DNA of 64,000 nt from an uncultured Phycisphaerales bacterium (GCA_963844715.1 CAWJPJ010000006.1:288001-352000), one strand, 5' to 3'. Counted from the first letter of the stretch, positions 1-11,910 are shown. Notes: generated by a model not told the origin, from the letters alone. Numbers and translations: made by a program.

Positions 1-2
1 AA

Positions 3-1116
<1,114 letters not shown>

Positions 1117-1124
1117 AGGCAATT

Positions 1125-1214
1125 AACCGCGGATAACGCGGATGGGCGCGGATAAAATCCAATACCGGATATGACCTTTTTTGTTTTATCCGTGCCATCC
1201 GTGAAATCCGCGGT
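1125..1214. repeat. REP-like inverted repeat, family A (AACCRCGGAT..CGCGGAT / ATCCGTG..ATCCGTGAAATCCGCGGT)
   Basis: Imperfect palindrome; arms recur near 30029, 32113-32285, 32938, 33803, 33943, 34078, 44251-44333 and 53798-53870. Confidence 0.8.
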
Positions 1215-1338
1215 CCAATCGCTCTGCTTAATCTTCTTCGTGATCGAAGTTTACCCGCCGCGGCGGGGGCCCTTCGCCGTTATATTTCGGTTACGAAGAA
1301 TATCCGGTAATCTGTCTCGGCAGCTGGAGAACTGATCG

Positions 1339-1911
1339 ATGTCCACGCTCTCAGAAATTCTCGATCACAACGCTCAATTCCTGGAGCGCAAGGAATACGA
1401 ACCCTTCCGTACCGACGGCTTTCCCGACAAAAAGCTCGTCGTCCTCACCTGCATGGACGTGCGCCTCGTCGAACTCCTCCCGCGTGCCATGAACCTCCGC
1501 AATGGGGACGCCAACGTCATCAAAAACGCCGGCGCCATCGTCTCCCATCCCTTTGGCAGCGTGATGCGAAGCGTGCTGGTGGCCGTCTATGAACTAAGAG
1601 CCGCGGAAGTCGCCGTCGTCGGCCATTACGGCTGCGGCATGACGGGCCTGAGCTGCGGCCGAGTGCTCGAAAAAGCCGTCCACCGTGGCGTCTCACCCGA
1701 AATGATCGAGACCCTCGCCCATTGCGGCATCGATCTCCAAAACTGGATGACCGGCTTCAAATCCCCCGAAGACGGCGTCCGCCAATCCGTCGACGTGATC
1801 CGAAAACATCCCCTTTTGCCCAAAGACGTCCCCGTCCACGGCCTGATGATCTGCCCCGACACCGGCAGACTCGATTTGCTAAGCGATGGGTACGACGCGG
1901 GCGCGAGATAG
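1339..1911 (+). CDS. Beta-class carbonic anhydrase
   Basis: Zn ligands in TCMDVR and GHYGCG; KNAGA; HGL..DTG. Confidence 0.9.
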   Translation: MSTLSEILDHNAQFLERKEYEPFRTDGFPDKKLVVLTCMDVRLVELLPRAMNLRNGDANVIKNAGAIVSHPFGSVMRSVLVAVYELRAAEVAVVGHYGCGMTGLSCGRVLEKAVHRGVSPEMIETLAHCGIDLQNWMTGFKSPEDGVRQSVDVIRKHPLLPKDVPVHGLMICPDTGRLDLLSDGYDAGAR

Positions 1912-2002
1912 TTGAGCAGTAGACCAGTTGAGCAGTAGACGGGGATGGATTTGCATTGAAAGGGGCTGGCGCGGGACAATTGCAACTCGACGGGAGGATT
2001 AA

Positions 2003-2470
2003 ATGTCACAGCCGCCGCCATTGGGAAATCCATTGGGTCCAGGCCAAGGCTCAACCCCGCCGTTGCCCCCACCTGTTCCGTTGGGCTATGCCCCGCCGCC
2101 CGTGCAGGAAGGGCCCGATATTCGCAAAGTGGCTGCGATGCAGCGCACCATCATGTATTGCATCCTGTCGGAAATATTGATCGTGATCGGCCGGGTCACA
2201 TTCGCGACAAATGGCAACGTGACCGGCCTGCTGCTCCTCGGATTGGTCTACATCGTGGTAGGGATAATCGCCGCGGTATGCATCTTCATCCTCGCCCTCT
2301 CCCTCTACAACACGGCCCTGGGAATTGTCCTGGGAATTCTCACCCTGATTCCCGTAGTCGGCTTGATCGTCCTGCTCGTCGTTAATAGCAAGGCAACCAC
2401 CGTCCTGAGACAAAACGGCCTGAAGGTGGGCCTCATGGGCGCCAAGCTCCCGCCACTGCCTAAAGCGTAA
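2003..2470 (+). CDS. Small membrane protein with Pro-rich N-terminus
   Basis: GGAGG RBS; 3-4 hydrophobic segments; ending ATTVLRQNGLKVGLMGA. Confidence 0.75.
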   Translation: MSQPPPLGNPLGPGQGSTPPLPPPVPLGYAPPPVQEGPDIRKVAAMQRTIMYCILSEILIVIGRVTFATNGNVTGLLLLGLVYIVVGIIAAVCIFILALSLYNTALGIVLGILTLIPVVGLIVLLVVNSKATTVLRQNGLKVGLMGAKLPPLPKA

Positions 2471-2480
2471 GGGGGATTTC

Positions 2481-3615
2481 GTGGCGGAGCACGCGGGCGG
2501 AGAGCCTCTTCGGGTTGAGCCTCTGGCATATACGAGAGGCGAGCTGAACCGCCGCCCGGGACTGGTGACCACCGTGGCGGTGATCAGTCTTTGTTATTGC
2601 ATTCCGAATTTCCTGATGAACTCTGGGCTGGCGTTGGACGGGCTGAGCATGATCCGAGCGAATCGCGCCGAATTTGGCGCGATTGACGATCGCTCCGGCA
2701 AGGGCTTTTTCCCCGCAACAGACGGCTCGGGATTGCGCGATGTACGAGCAGATGTACAGGTCGGGAGTAGCCCAAGTAATCGTTTCCGGAATCGACCTCA
2801 TTTTTGCGGGAATGCTCTTGGTCGGGGGAATCGCTCTCCTAAGACAGAAATATATTGGCGTGCGCGTGCACCGAGTTTATGTGGTTGCGAAACTGCTCGT
2901 TGGTTTGGTCGTCGGTACCGGACTTCTCTCGTACCTATTCAATACCCACCGGTGGAACGATGAAACTTCGATGGATCTAATGGGATGCGCGTATCCCGTC
3001 ATGCTGGCCGTGCTGATGGGTGGAAACACATTCCGCCGCAATCAACCTGTGTGGGGCGGGTTCGGTTCCTCGGCGGCGCGTCCGCGCCGGTTTACCGCGA
3101 TCGGGATCATTAGCATATCCGTCGGCGGGCTCTCCCTGTTGGCCTCGATGCTACTGATCATTACCGCCGCGGCGGATATTCGGCAAACAATCACCGTGCG
3201 AAACAATGAGTTGCAGCAGAGGCAGGTGTCCACCCAATCGAGCTACGTTTATCCGTGGAACCCGGCCGAGAGGGATCAAGAATATGCTCGCGAAATCAGA
3301 AACCTGGTCATTGTCACAGCGGCCTTCGGCCTCGATCTGCTGACGGCCATTTTGCTCTTGCTGGGGGGCAGACGTTTACTCGAGGCCGATCCCCTTGGCC
3401 TGCGAACGCATGGGATATACGTCATCGCAAAGCTGAGCGCGGTCTTCCTGTGTGCGATTAGCCTGTCCGGGCTTTTCTCATCGTTTCGATTTGCCCTCGG
3501 CTCGGAGCAACTCGCTCTGATTATCATTCCCCTTTCGGCGCTCTATCCCATCGTCCTGATATTCATCCTCTGCGAAAAACCGTTTCAAGTTCGACGCGTC
3601 GAGGCCGCAAATTAA
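2481..3615 (+). CDS. Multi-TM membrane protein made of two internally repeated halves (frameshift near 2670)
   Basis: RRPGLVTTVAVISL / RPRRFTAIGIISI and DLIFAGMLLVGG..H.VYVVAKL / DLLTAILLLLGG..H.IYVIAKL repeats. Confidence 0.65.
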
Positions 3616-3712
3616 AACGAGAAACCCAAACGCCCCAACGAATCGCTACCTCCGCGATTCATTCGACATTCAGTCATTCGGGTTTGATTCTAGTTTCGGG
3701 TTTCTAGTTTTC
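3615..3712. repeat. REP-like inverted repeat, family B (GAAACCCGAA..GAAT / CATTCGGGTTTGATTC..TTTCGGGTTTCT)
   Basis: Same motifs at 10858-10997, 14436-14488 plus 15519-15591, and 28361-28415 and 28578-28654. Confidence 0.75.
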
Positions 3713-3714
3713 CC

Positions 3715-4097
3715 TCACATCCCCATAGAGTAGAAAAATTCCTCATGCACAACCTTGCCGTCTTTGACCGTGTAAAGCGCCATCTCATCGATGGTCATTC
3801 GCTTTCCCGCCGTCGGTCCTGAGCTTGGCGTGACGTCCAGCGTAAACCGCACGATAAACCGATCCCCATGCGGCCACGGCCCCTCGACTTTTCCCCCGTG
3901 GATCGTATGGCTCTTTTCAAACCATTCCGTCTTTTTGCGCATCGCGTCGATCCCTTCCTGCGCCGCGGCATGTTCGGCCCGCCGTGCGGCTCGATGCTGA
4001 CGATATTGGGGGCATACGTCGCATTGATCGCATCCATGTATTTCCCCTGTTTGCACAATTCAACCAGCTTCTTCCCCACTTCCATCGTGCTGCTCAT
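3715..4097 (-). CDS. SnoaL-like / NTF2-family protein (frameshift near 3960)
   Basis: MSSTMEVGKKLVELCKQGK..YAPNIVSIEP joins GPWPHGDRFIVRF..EMALYTVKDGKVVHEEFFY. Confidence 0.8.
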
Positions 4098-4206
4098 GGT
4101 TCGCTCCTTTGAAAATGTAGTGCAAGAGCATAGTCCGCCCTCCTGCCGATCTTCCATTGTTATTTTTTCAGTTTCGGTTGATGAATATTGAACAAACCCA
4201 TTTAAG

Positions 4207-4944
4207 ATGGAGCACTCGATGCAATTGGAGCCCGGTAAATCTTGGGCAAGCGTGGGCTTGGGCGACCCCTATTGCGCCGCCTGCGGCTACTCCCTCAAGG
4301 GACTCGAAAACTCCGCCCGCTGCCCCGAATGCGGCCGCGCAATCGTCGAAGTCCTCATGCGCAAGGAATTCCCCCGTCCGCGCGGAAAACGCTATCGCTC
4401 CAAAGCCACACTCTTCGGCTGGCCCGTCGTCTCTATCGCTGTCGGCCCTCACGAAAATGAAGTCCGCGGCCACGCCCGCGGAATCATTGCCATCGGCGAT
4501 ATCGCCACCGGCGGCATTGCAATCGGCGGAGTCGCCGTGGGGATTGTCTGCGTAGGCGGAATGGCCCTGGGCGCGTTCACCTTTGGCGGATTCTCCCTTG
4601 CTCTGCTCTCCGCCATGGGCGGCTTCGCCGGCTCGCTCGGCATCGCCTATGGCGGGTTTGCCGTGGGAACCATCGCTTCGGGCGGCTTCGCGATCGGCTA
4701 CATCGCGCAAGCCGGATTTGCGCTGGGCCATTTTGTTCGAGACGCCAGAACCTCTCGCCATGCCGTCCCTCCGATTTTCCATACCTTGAGATGGCTCCTC
4801 GGCAATCCCCGCGGCAATCCAGGCGATCAGCTGATCACGATTCTCATGGGCCTCGTTCCGCACATCGTGGCCGCGGCCATCATCGGCCTGGCCGCCCTGG
4901 TCGCTTCGATGCGTACCGATGATGATGAAAACAAGGTAACATAG
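4207..4944 (+). CDS. Zn-ribbon + glycine-rich membrane protein
   Basis: CAACGYSL..CPECG; YRSKATLFGWP; ARGIIAIGDIA.G..AIGG repeats. Confidence 0.8.
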   Translation: MEHSMQLEPGKSWASVGLGDPYCAACGYSLKGLENSARCPECGRAIVEVLMRKEFPRPRGKRYRSKATLFGWPVVSIAVGPHENEVRGHARGIIAIGDIATGGIAIGGVAVGIVCVGGMALGAFTFGGFSLALLSAMGGFAGSLGIAYGGFAVGTIASGGFAIGYIAQAGFALGHFVRDARTSRHAVPPIFHTLRWLLGNPRGNPGDQLITILMGLVPHIVAAAIIGLAALVASMRTDDDENKVT

Positions 4945-4949
4945 CGAGC

Positions 4950-5552
4950 ATGGATATTGTGGTTGCCATCACCGGAGCCAGTGGTGCTCTCTACGCCCAG
5001 CGGCTGATCCAAGTCCTCGTCGCCGCCGGCGTAAACGTCCATCTCGTCGTCTCGCCGCTCGGAAAAAGATTGCTTCATGATGAACTCGGCGTGGAGACGA
5101 TCGACCTGGCGGCTCTCGCCGGAACTCAAGCCCACACGATCACGCATTACAACTACAACGACGTCGGCGCAAAAATCGCCAGCGGCAGCTTCCTCCATCA
5201 AGGCATGGTCATCGTCCCTTGTAGCAGCAACACCCTCGCCACCGTCGCCCACGGGCTCGGCGATAACTTAATCGCCCGCGCCGCCGCCGTTACACTCAAG
5301 GAACGCCGCCGCCTCATTCTCGTTCACCGGGAAATGCCCCTCTCTCCGATCGACGTGAACAATTACAAAATCCTCAGCGACGCCGGCGTCATCCTCGCCC
5401 CCGCGAACCCCGGCTTATATCTCAATCCAACTTCAGTTGCCGAGATCATCGACTTCGTAGCCGGAAAATTGATGGACCTCCTCGGCGTATCGCACGCGCT
5501 CGACACCCGCTGGGACCCCAAAGCACTCCGACCTCCGGGTAAACTATCGTGA
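4950..5552 (+). CDS. ubiX: Flavin prenyltransferase UbiX
   Basis: VVAITGASG, IASGS, PCSSNTLA, NLIARAA.VTLKERR. Confidence 0.95.
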   Translation: MDIVVAITGASGALYAQRLIQVLVAAGVNVHLVVSPLGKRLLHDELGVETIDLAALAGTQAHTITHYNYNDVGAKIASGSFLHQGMVIVPCSSNTLATVAHGLGDNLIARAAAVTLKERRRLILVHREMPLSPIDVNNYKILSDAGVILAPANPGLYLNPTSVAEIIDFVAGKLMDLLGVSHALDTRWDPKALRPPGKLS

Positions 5553-6458
5553 CCGACGTGCCTGTCGATCTTCCAGTCTCGCCGTGTAATCGCCTGGCCA
5601 TCTTCGCGGCCGATATCAAAATCCATCACACCGTCTTCGCGCTCCCCTGGGCCTTATTCGAGCGCCGTCCTTGCCGGACATCGCAGCTCCCTCACGTGGG
5701 GCAAAATCGGCCTCGTATTGATCTGCATGGTGACCGCCCGCACGGTCGCGATGGGCGCGAATCGTCTCTTCGACGCCGCCCTCGACGCCAAAAATCCCCG
5801 CACGGCCCGGCGTGCCATCCCATCCGGAAAATTGTCGCGACGGTACGTCACCGGAATCGTGATCGTCTGCTGTGTCGGATTCATTCTCGGCGCAGGCGGC
5901 TTCTGGCTCTTCTACGGAAACCTTTGGCCCCTTGCTCTGAGCCTGCCGGTCCTCGCGTTTCTCGGTGCCTATCCGTTCCTGAAGCGCTTTACGGAATTGT
6001 GTCACTATTACCTCGGCGCGGCCCTCGCCCTCGCGCCAGTGTGCGCCTGGGTAGCCGTCTGCGGAAAACTGGATTGGCCGCCGGTCATCATGTTCGTGGC
6101 GGTTCTCACGTGGACGGCCGGGTTCGACATCCTCTACGCCTGCCAGGACTACGCCAGCGATCTGGAATTAGGCGTTCATTCCGTCCCCGCGAAATTGGGA
6201 ATCCCCCGCGCCCTCTGGCTCAGCCGCGGTACGCACCTGATTTCCGCCGCCGCAATCGTCTCCCTCAAATTTGTCACCCCCGAGTTCGGCGCCCTCTACG
6301 CCGCCGGCGCCGCGCTGGCCGTCTTGCTCCTTATCATCGAGCAAGCGATGGTCACCCCCACGAATCTCGCCCGCGTCGGCCTGGCATTCTTCGCCATCAA
6401 CGGAATCATCAGCGTACTACTCGGGACGCTGGGGATTATCGATATTATGTGGCGGTAG
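5549..6458 (+). CDS. ubiA: UbiA-family prenyltransferase (futalosine pathway, MqnP-like; frameshift near 5657)
   Basis: IKIHHTVFALP, NRLFDAALDAKNPRTARRAIPSG, GFDILYACQD. Confidence 0.88.
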
Positions 6459-6539
6459 GGTAATTTGGCGGCTTTGGGCAATTTTGGGCGATAAGTAACG
6501 GATGTTGTCAATGTTGGTGTAGATGTTACTATACTTACC

Positions 6540-7124
6540 ATGGAAGTTGTTCCAGCCGGGGTGTCTATGACCGGTTTTTCGTCTTTAGATGAATCGCCCC
6601 CCCAGTTCATTCCAAGCGTCGAATTTGCCCATGCATTATTGCAGATGGAATTGCCATTTGCTGAGCCGCGAGAGTATTTCGGCGAACATGCGAACGAAGG
6701 CAACGCTGGAGCGGGTGTGGCGTATGACGTGGGGACGATCCTCGATCCCGATACGGCCGCGGCCGTCGGCGCAAAGCGCTTGGATATTGGGATTCGGGTA
6801 GAACGCACGTTAGCCGCAATTGCGATGCGTGCCGCAATGTACAATGCGCGCACAGTAGAGATATCCCGGGGCGGTCGGTTTACCCCTAACATCGCCAGCG
6901 CAATGATTGGGTGCCTGGGGATTTTTTCCGAACGCGCCGGCGGAATACTAAAAAGATTAGAGGAAGAGCTGATCCCATTCGCGAAAACTCGAAATATTAG
7001 AGGCCCCTGGGGCGAACTTGAATGGGGGGAGACCGGGCTTCATATCAAAACCGCTCCGCCCTCAGTGGCCGAGGAAGCCGACCGGCCGCGGGCTCAAGTC
7101 ATATTCGATCCCGGCCAAGAGTAG
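6540..7124 (+). CDS. Hypothetical protein (lower GC)
   Basis: Open 194-codon frame in an AT-richer segment, co-oriented with the downstream phosphoesterase; no recognisable motif. Confidence 0.55.
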   Translation: MEVVPAGVSMTGFSSLDESPPQFIPSVEFAHALLQMELPFAEPREYFGEHANEGNAGAGVAYDVGTILDPDTAAAVGAKRLDIGIRVERTLAAIAMRAAMYNARTVEISRGGRFTPNIASAMIGCLGIFSERAGGILKRLEEELIPFAKTRNIRGPWGELEWGETGLHIKTAPPSVAEEADRPRAQVIFDPGQE

Positions 7125-7172
7125 CTCAAAGACACTGGCGTGGTCTGATGTTCTGCTGACAGGAGGGCGGCA

Positions 7173-8129
7173 GTGGACAGCTTTCGCATTCTTCACATTT
7201 CAGACCTCCACTTCGGATTGCCGCCTCGTAACTGCGGGTTTCCGGACATTTTACACAGCGCCGGCTACAAAAGTGCCTCTCGACATCCACTAAGCCCATC
7301 GTCTTATGATCCCGACCTCGCCGAGGCGCTGGCACGTTTTGTTCACCGTTCCGGTCGCCGTTTGGACGCGATTATCGTCAGCGGCGATCTAGCGACGAAC
7401 GGCACGGTCGTCGACCTATCTCTGGCAAGGGATTTTATTTTGAACCCGGCAATCCGGAATTTGTGGTGGAACAAATCGGGAGCACCATCCATTAATCAAT
7501 GGGATCTGCCTATCTTGGTGATACCCGGAAACCACGATCGCTTTGACGGGCAATTTTATAACCCCGGAGGAACTCTTTTCGACCGAGCTTTTGGAACGAA
7601 GTGGCGCGCGGGAAACGCCGCCCAGATCTTGCGTGTGTTCAAAGGCATATCGGGCGAACACCTTGCATTTCTTGGCGCCGACTTTTGCCTTCGCTCGAAG
7701 AAAGATGGCACGGGAATCTGGGGTTATCTTGGGCAAGGAAAGGTCTATCAAAACGCGTGCAACGCCCTGGTCGACGCGACCGACGATGTTCGCAATCGAT
7801 TTGGTGATATAGGAGTCGTTTGGGTGGTGCATTTCCCGCCCGAATTTCAAAATATTAAAGCCAGTTTGGCGCTAATCGATGACAACTTACTGGCCAACGC
7901 CGCCGCGAAATCACAGGTTCCGGTCATTTTGTGCGGTCACACCCACGAGCCGAGGAAGTACCCATTGGCAGGCGGTTGCCTCGTCTATTGCGCCGGCACG
8001 GCGACGCAGTATTATGCTCCGAAACAAAACATTCTTCACGTTTTGGAATTCGAAGTTGCCGGCGCGAATGTTAAGTGTTTGCCGCATCAGAATCTGCACT
8101 GGGACCAGCGGCGTCAGAGCTTCAGCTGA
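7173..8129 (+). CDS. Calcineurin-like metallophosphoesterase
   Basis: All five motifs: HISDLH, SGDLA, PGNHD, VHFPP, CGHTH; GGAGG RBS. Confidence 0.9.
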   Translation: MDSFRILHISDLHFGLPPRNCGFPDILHSAGYKSASRHPLSPSSYDPDLAEALARFVHRSGRRLDAIIVSGDLATNGTVVDLSLARDFILNPAIRNLWWNKSGAPSINQWDLPILVIPGNHDRFDGQFYNPGGTLFDRAFGTKWRAGNAAQILRVFKGISGEHLAFLGADFCLRSKKDGTGIWGYLGQGKVYQNACNALVDATDDVRNRFGDIGVVWVVHFPPEFQNIKASLALIDDNLLANAAAKSQVPVILCGHTHEPRKYPLAGGCLVYCAGTATQYYAPKQNILHVLEFEVAGANVKCLPHQNLHWDQRRQSFS

Positions 8130-8352
8130 TATGGCCTCCGAATGCCGTTGGTTAAGATAGGGGAACTGTTCGAATAAGTCGGGCTGAAATCGAAGAAAAT
8201 TGCTCGGAGGCTTGCCGGGAAATCTCCATACATTTTGCCCAGGTTGATGACGCCTCCCCCGAACCGCTCATGCGAGCCATCCTCTGAATTGGTCGCCCGC
8301 GCACCCTTTATCGTAAGACGACGTTGGTGGATTGTTTTTCACCGGACCAATC

Positions 8353-9627
8353 ATGGATGTGCAGAAAACTATACAGACGGCGACCCAGGCGGAGCCCGTG
8401 CGCGGGGAGGTGGCGCATGCGTCTCGGTCGCCGTCCGGACGAGTCCTCTTGACCGAGACCGCCGACGCGCGCTGCGCGGCAATCACCGCGCTCCTTAAGG
8501 AAGAGGGATACGACGTCAGCGGCTGCAAGGATGCCGCCGCCGTCATGCACCGCGCCAAGCAGAACACCCCGGACGTCGTGATCCTGGACGTCGAACTTCC
8601 TCACGGCCAGCCCGAGCAGTGCGTGCGGGCGCTGGCTCGCTGCTACCAAACGTCCAGCGTCTCGTTCATCCTCGCCTGCCCTCGCTCGTTCGATCGCAAG
8701 CGACTGCTCGAGATGGTGCACGAAGGCGCAACCACCATTCTTCCCAAGCCGTACACAAAGCAGCAGATTCTCGACACGTTAAAATCCGCCGTGCAGCGCG
8801 CCCGCACGGTCCGTGCGGACATGGCCGTCAAGCTCGGCGCCGAAGCTCCCGTCAGCCAGCGCGTCGAATCCAACAATTCCCTCTTATATCGCCCGATCTA
8901 TTGCGTTCAGCACGCCGGCCGCCCCCAGTTGAATCGATACCTCGTTCGCCCCGGCGCCGCGTGCGTCGAGAACGATCTCTTCGGCCTCCCAACCTATAAC
9001 CCGACTCCGGACCACGACGAAGTCGACTTCAATCTGCTTTCCATCATGGTCTGCCCGGAATGTCTCTTTTCCTCCGCCCACGTCGGATATTTCCTCGATC
9101 CGGCCGAGAAGAAGGAAAAACGGCACCATTTCGACGCGGCAACCTTGCGCGCCCTCGTCAACGACATGCCCGGCCGCATCGAGATTTTCACCAATCGCTC
9201 CGGCGACTTCTTCACCGAAAACCGCACCGCCGAAGACGCAAAAATCGCCTGCGAAATGGCGATCCGATGCTCCGAAATTCTGCATCAGCAAAATCCCCTT
9301 TCCCTCCCCATCGAACTTCTGCGATTGGCAAACTACCGGCTCATGCTGGCGCGACTATGGGAGCCGACTCATGCGGAGACGGCGCGGCGACATCGACTGG
9401 CGGCGGTTGACCCCCTCAAACGGGCCATCACCTCCATCGATGGCGCCGCCCGCGCAAAAGCCATCCACCAACTTGTCGCCCTCGGCAGCCATCTAGGCGA
9501 TAGGGAAATGGCCAAATATTACTTAACCCTCCTCGCCGACCTAGAAGCCGCCGCCCCCGCGGCCATGAAGGACGAAGTCCAACCTTACCTCCACCAAGCC
9601 CGCCAACTTATGGAAAAAGTGGCTTAG
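8353..9627 (+). CDS. Response-regulator receiver fused to DUF2225-like Zn/TPR-like domain
   Basis: Receiver VILDVELP...LPKPY; C-terminal CVQH and VCPECLFSS, helical tail. Confidence 0.75.
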   Translation: MDVQKTIQTATQAEPVRGEVAHASRSPSGRVLLTETADARCAAITALLKEEGYDVSGCKDAAAVMHRAKQNTPDVVILDVELPHGQPEQCVRALARCYQTSSVSFILACPRSFDRKRLLEMVHEGATTILPKPYTKQQILDTLKSAVQRARTVRADMAVKLGAEAPVSQRVESNNSLLYRPIYCVQHAGRPQLNRYLVRPGAACVENDLFGLPTYNPTPDHDEVDFNLLSIMVCPECLFSSAHVGYFLDPAEKKEKRHHFDAATLRALVNDMPGRIEIFTNRSGDFFTENRTAEDAKIACEMAIRCSEILHQQNPLSLPIELLRLANYRLMLARLWEPTHAETARRHRLAAVDPLKRAITSIDGAARAKAIHQLVALGSHLGDREMAKYYLTLLADLEAAAPAAMKDEVQPYLHQARQLMEKVA

Positions 9628-9705
9628 CGGCGGGCACGGCGCCATTTCCCGCATTTCCCTTCGCGTCCTTCGCGCTTTCGCGGTTTAAACCTATACTGTG
9701 GGCCA

Positions 9706-10854
9706 ATGTCCGCAGAAATCCGCGTAGACGACCCGAAACTGCAACCCGTCGCCGAGAAAGTCTCGGCCGGCGAGCGCCTCTCCTTTGACGACGGGTGCGC
9801 CCTCTACGCCAGCCGCGACATCCACGGCATAGGCCGCCTGGCGAATTTCGTCCGCGAAAAACTCCAGGGGAACGTCGCCTATTTCAATCGCAATCGCCAT
9901 ATCAATTACACCAACGTCTGCGCCCTCTCCTGCAAATTCTGCTCCTTCTATCGCAAGCGCGGTGAAGAGGGGGCCTATGAGATGCCCGTCGAGCAGGTGG
10001 TCGCCACCGCCGCCCGCGCCGCCGACGCGGGGGCAACCGAAGTCCACATCGTCGGCGGCCTGCACCCCTGGCTCAAATTCGATTATTACCTTCAGATGCT
10101 CAGCGGCATCCGCCGCCAGTGCCCGCAATTGCATATCAAAGCCTTCACCGCCATTGAGATCGTTCATTTCACGCGCATCGCGAAAATGGGCGTGCAGGAA
10201 GTCCTCACCGCTCTCCGCGAAGCTGGATTAGGCAGCCTCCCCGGCGGGGGGGCGGAAATTTTCGACGACCGCGTGCACGATGAAGTGTTCAAGGGAAAGG
10301 TCCGCGAAGACCGCTGGTTCGAAGTCCATCGCACCGCCCACGACCTGGGAATTTATTCCAACGCCACCATGCTCTATGGCCACGTCGAAAATCCCACCCA
10401 GCGCGTCGGCCATCTGATCAAGCTGCGCGACCTCCAGGACCGGTCCCTCGCCGCCATGAAATCCTCGCCGCAAAAGGCCGCATTTAATTGCGTAATCCCC
10501 TTGAGTTTCATTCCCGAAAACAGCGAGCTAGGCTACTTGCCGGGTCCCACCGGCATGACGGACCTGAAGACCCTGGCCATCAGCCGATTGCTCGCCGACA
10601 ACATCCCGCACATCAAAGCCTTCTGGATCATGCAAGGCATCGGCCTCTCCCAAATGGCCCTGCACTGGGGCTGCGACGATCTCGACGGCACCGTCGTTTG
10701 GTACGACATCACCAAACGCCAGGGCGACGGCGTCCACCAGGAAATGCATGTCGAACAACTAAAACGATTGATCCGAGAAGCGGGGAGAGAGCCGGTGGAA
10801 AGAGACACGTTGTATCGAGCGGTCAAGCGCCCGCCGGAATTGCAGACGGCGTAG
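9706..10854 (+). CDS. mqnE: Aminofutalosine synthase MqnE (radical SAM)
   Basis: NYTNVCALSCKFCSF, EVHIVGGLHP, HIKAFTAIEI, PGGGAEIF, NATMLYGH, PHIKAFW. Confidence 0.88.
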   Translation: MSAEIRVDDPKLQPVAEKVSAGERLSFDDGCALYASRDIHGIGRLANFVREKLQGNVAYFNRNRHINYTNVCALSCKFCSFYRKRGEEGAYEMPVEQVVATAARAADAGATEVHIVGGLHPWLKFDYYLQMLSGIRRQCPQLHIKAFTAIEIVHFTRIAKMGVQEVLTALREAGLGSLPGGGAEIFDDRVHDEVFKGKVREDRWFEVHRTAHDLGIYSNATMLYGHVENPTQRVGHLIKLRDLQDRSLAAMKSSPQKAAFNCVIPLSFIPENSELGYLPGPTGMTDLKTLAISRLLADNIPHIKAFWIMQGIGLSQMALHWGCDDLDGTVVWYDITKRQGDGVHQEMHVEQLKRLIREAGREPVERDTLYRAVKRPPELQTA

Positions 10855-10857
10855 GCT

Positions 10858-10997
10858 AAAACCCGAAACCCGAATGACGAATCAAACCCGCATGACCAAA
10901 TGTCCGAATCGCCGAACCGGCGCACGGGGGCCTTTCTCCCATTCGGGTTTCTGGTTTCGGTCATTCATTCGGGTTTCTGGTTTCGGGCTTCGGGTTT
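10858..10997. repeat. REP-like inverted repeat, family B (full-length copy)
   Basis: AAACCCGAAACCCGAATGACGAATC ... CATTCGGGTTTCTGGTTTCGGGCTTCGGGTTT. Confidence 0.8.
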
Positions 10998-11007
10998 AAG
11001 GAGAACC

Positions 11008-11910
11008 ATGTCCCTCTTAGTCACCGGCTCCATAGGAATCGACACCGTCGAAACCCCTTTCGGCAAGCGCGACGACGTCATCGGCGGATCAGCCGTCTAT
11101 TTCTCTTTTGCCGCCTCCTTCTTCACGCCGGTCCGATTGGTCGGAGTGGTAGGGGAGGATTGCCCCAAGGAATTACTCAACGTGTTCCAGGGCCGCCCGG
11201 TCGATACGTCAGGCCTGGAAATGCGCAAAGGCTCCAAAACCTTTCGCTGGCATGGTTCATATGTAAAGGATCTGAACCAGGCCGAGACCGTCGAAGTGGA
11301 TTTGAACGTCCTGGCGGAGCGAGCCCCGAAGATTCCGCAAAAGTTTCTCGATAGCGAATACATTTTCCTCGCCAACACTCACCCGGTGCTTCAGCAGGAG
11401 ATCTTGGCTTCGCTGCCCGCGAGGAAACTCGTCATCGCCGACACCATGAATCTGTGGATTCAGACCGAACGGAACGAAGTGGTCAAACTCCTCTCCAAGC
11501 TAGACGGCCTGGTCCTGAACGACGGCGAAGCTCGCCTACTCACTGAAAAGAAGAACCTGATCGAAGCCGCGCACGACGTTTTGAAAATGGGCACAAAATT
11601 CGTCGTCATAAAAAAAGGCGAACACGGCTCGATCCTCGTCAGCGACCGAGACACCTTCGTCCTCCCCGCCTTCCCCGCCGAAAAAGTCGTCGACCCCACC
11701 GGCGCCGGCGATAGCTTCGCCGGCGGAATGATGGGCTACCTCGCCTCCCAGGGATCCCTCTCCCCGGCAACTCTTAAACGTGCCATGGCCTTCGGCACCA
11801 TTGTCGCCAGTTTCACAATATCCGATTTTTCCCTGGGCGGACTGGCCTCAATCAACCGAGGGCATATCGACGAGCGATGGCAGGAATACAAAGCCGCGAT
11901 GAGCTTTTAG
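11008..11910 (+). CDS. PfkB-family sugar/nucleoside kinase
   Basis: AAGGAG RBS; GGSAVY; DPTGAGDSFAGG anion-hole motif. Confidence 0.92.
   Translation: MSLLVTGSIGIDTVETPFGKRDDVIGGSAVYFSFAASFFTPVRLVGVVGEDCPKELLNVFQGRPVDTSGLEMRKGSKTFRWHGSYVKDLNQAETVEVDLNVLAERAPKIPQKFLDSEYIFLANTHPVLQQEILASLPARKLVIADTMNLWIQTERNEVVKLLSKLDGLVLNDGEARLLTEKKNLIEAAHDVLKMGTKFVVIKKGEHGSILVSDRDTFVLPAFPAEKVVDPTGAGDSFAGGMMGYLASQGSLSPATLKRAMAFGTIVASFTISDFSLGGLASINRGHIDERWQEYKAAMSF

Noticed and set aside
1910..1941. 16-bp tandem duplication AGTTGAGCAGTAGAC(C/G), and a 15-bp one near 30560-30592
   Set aside because: Only two units each; probably minor repeat relics with no evidence of function.
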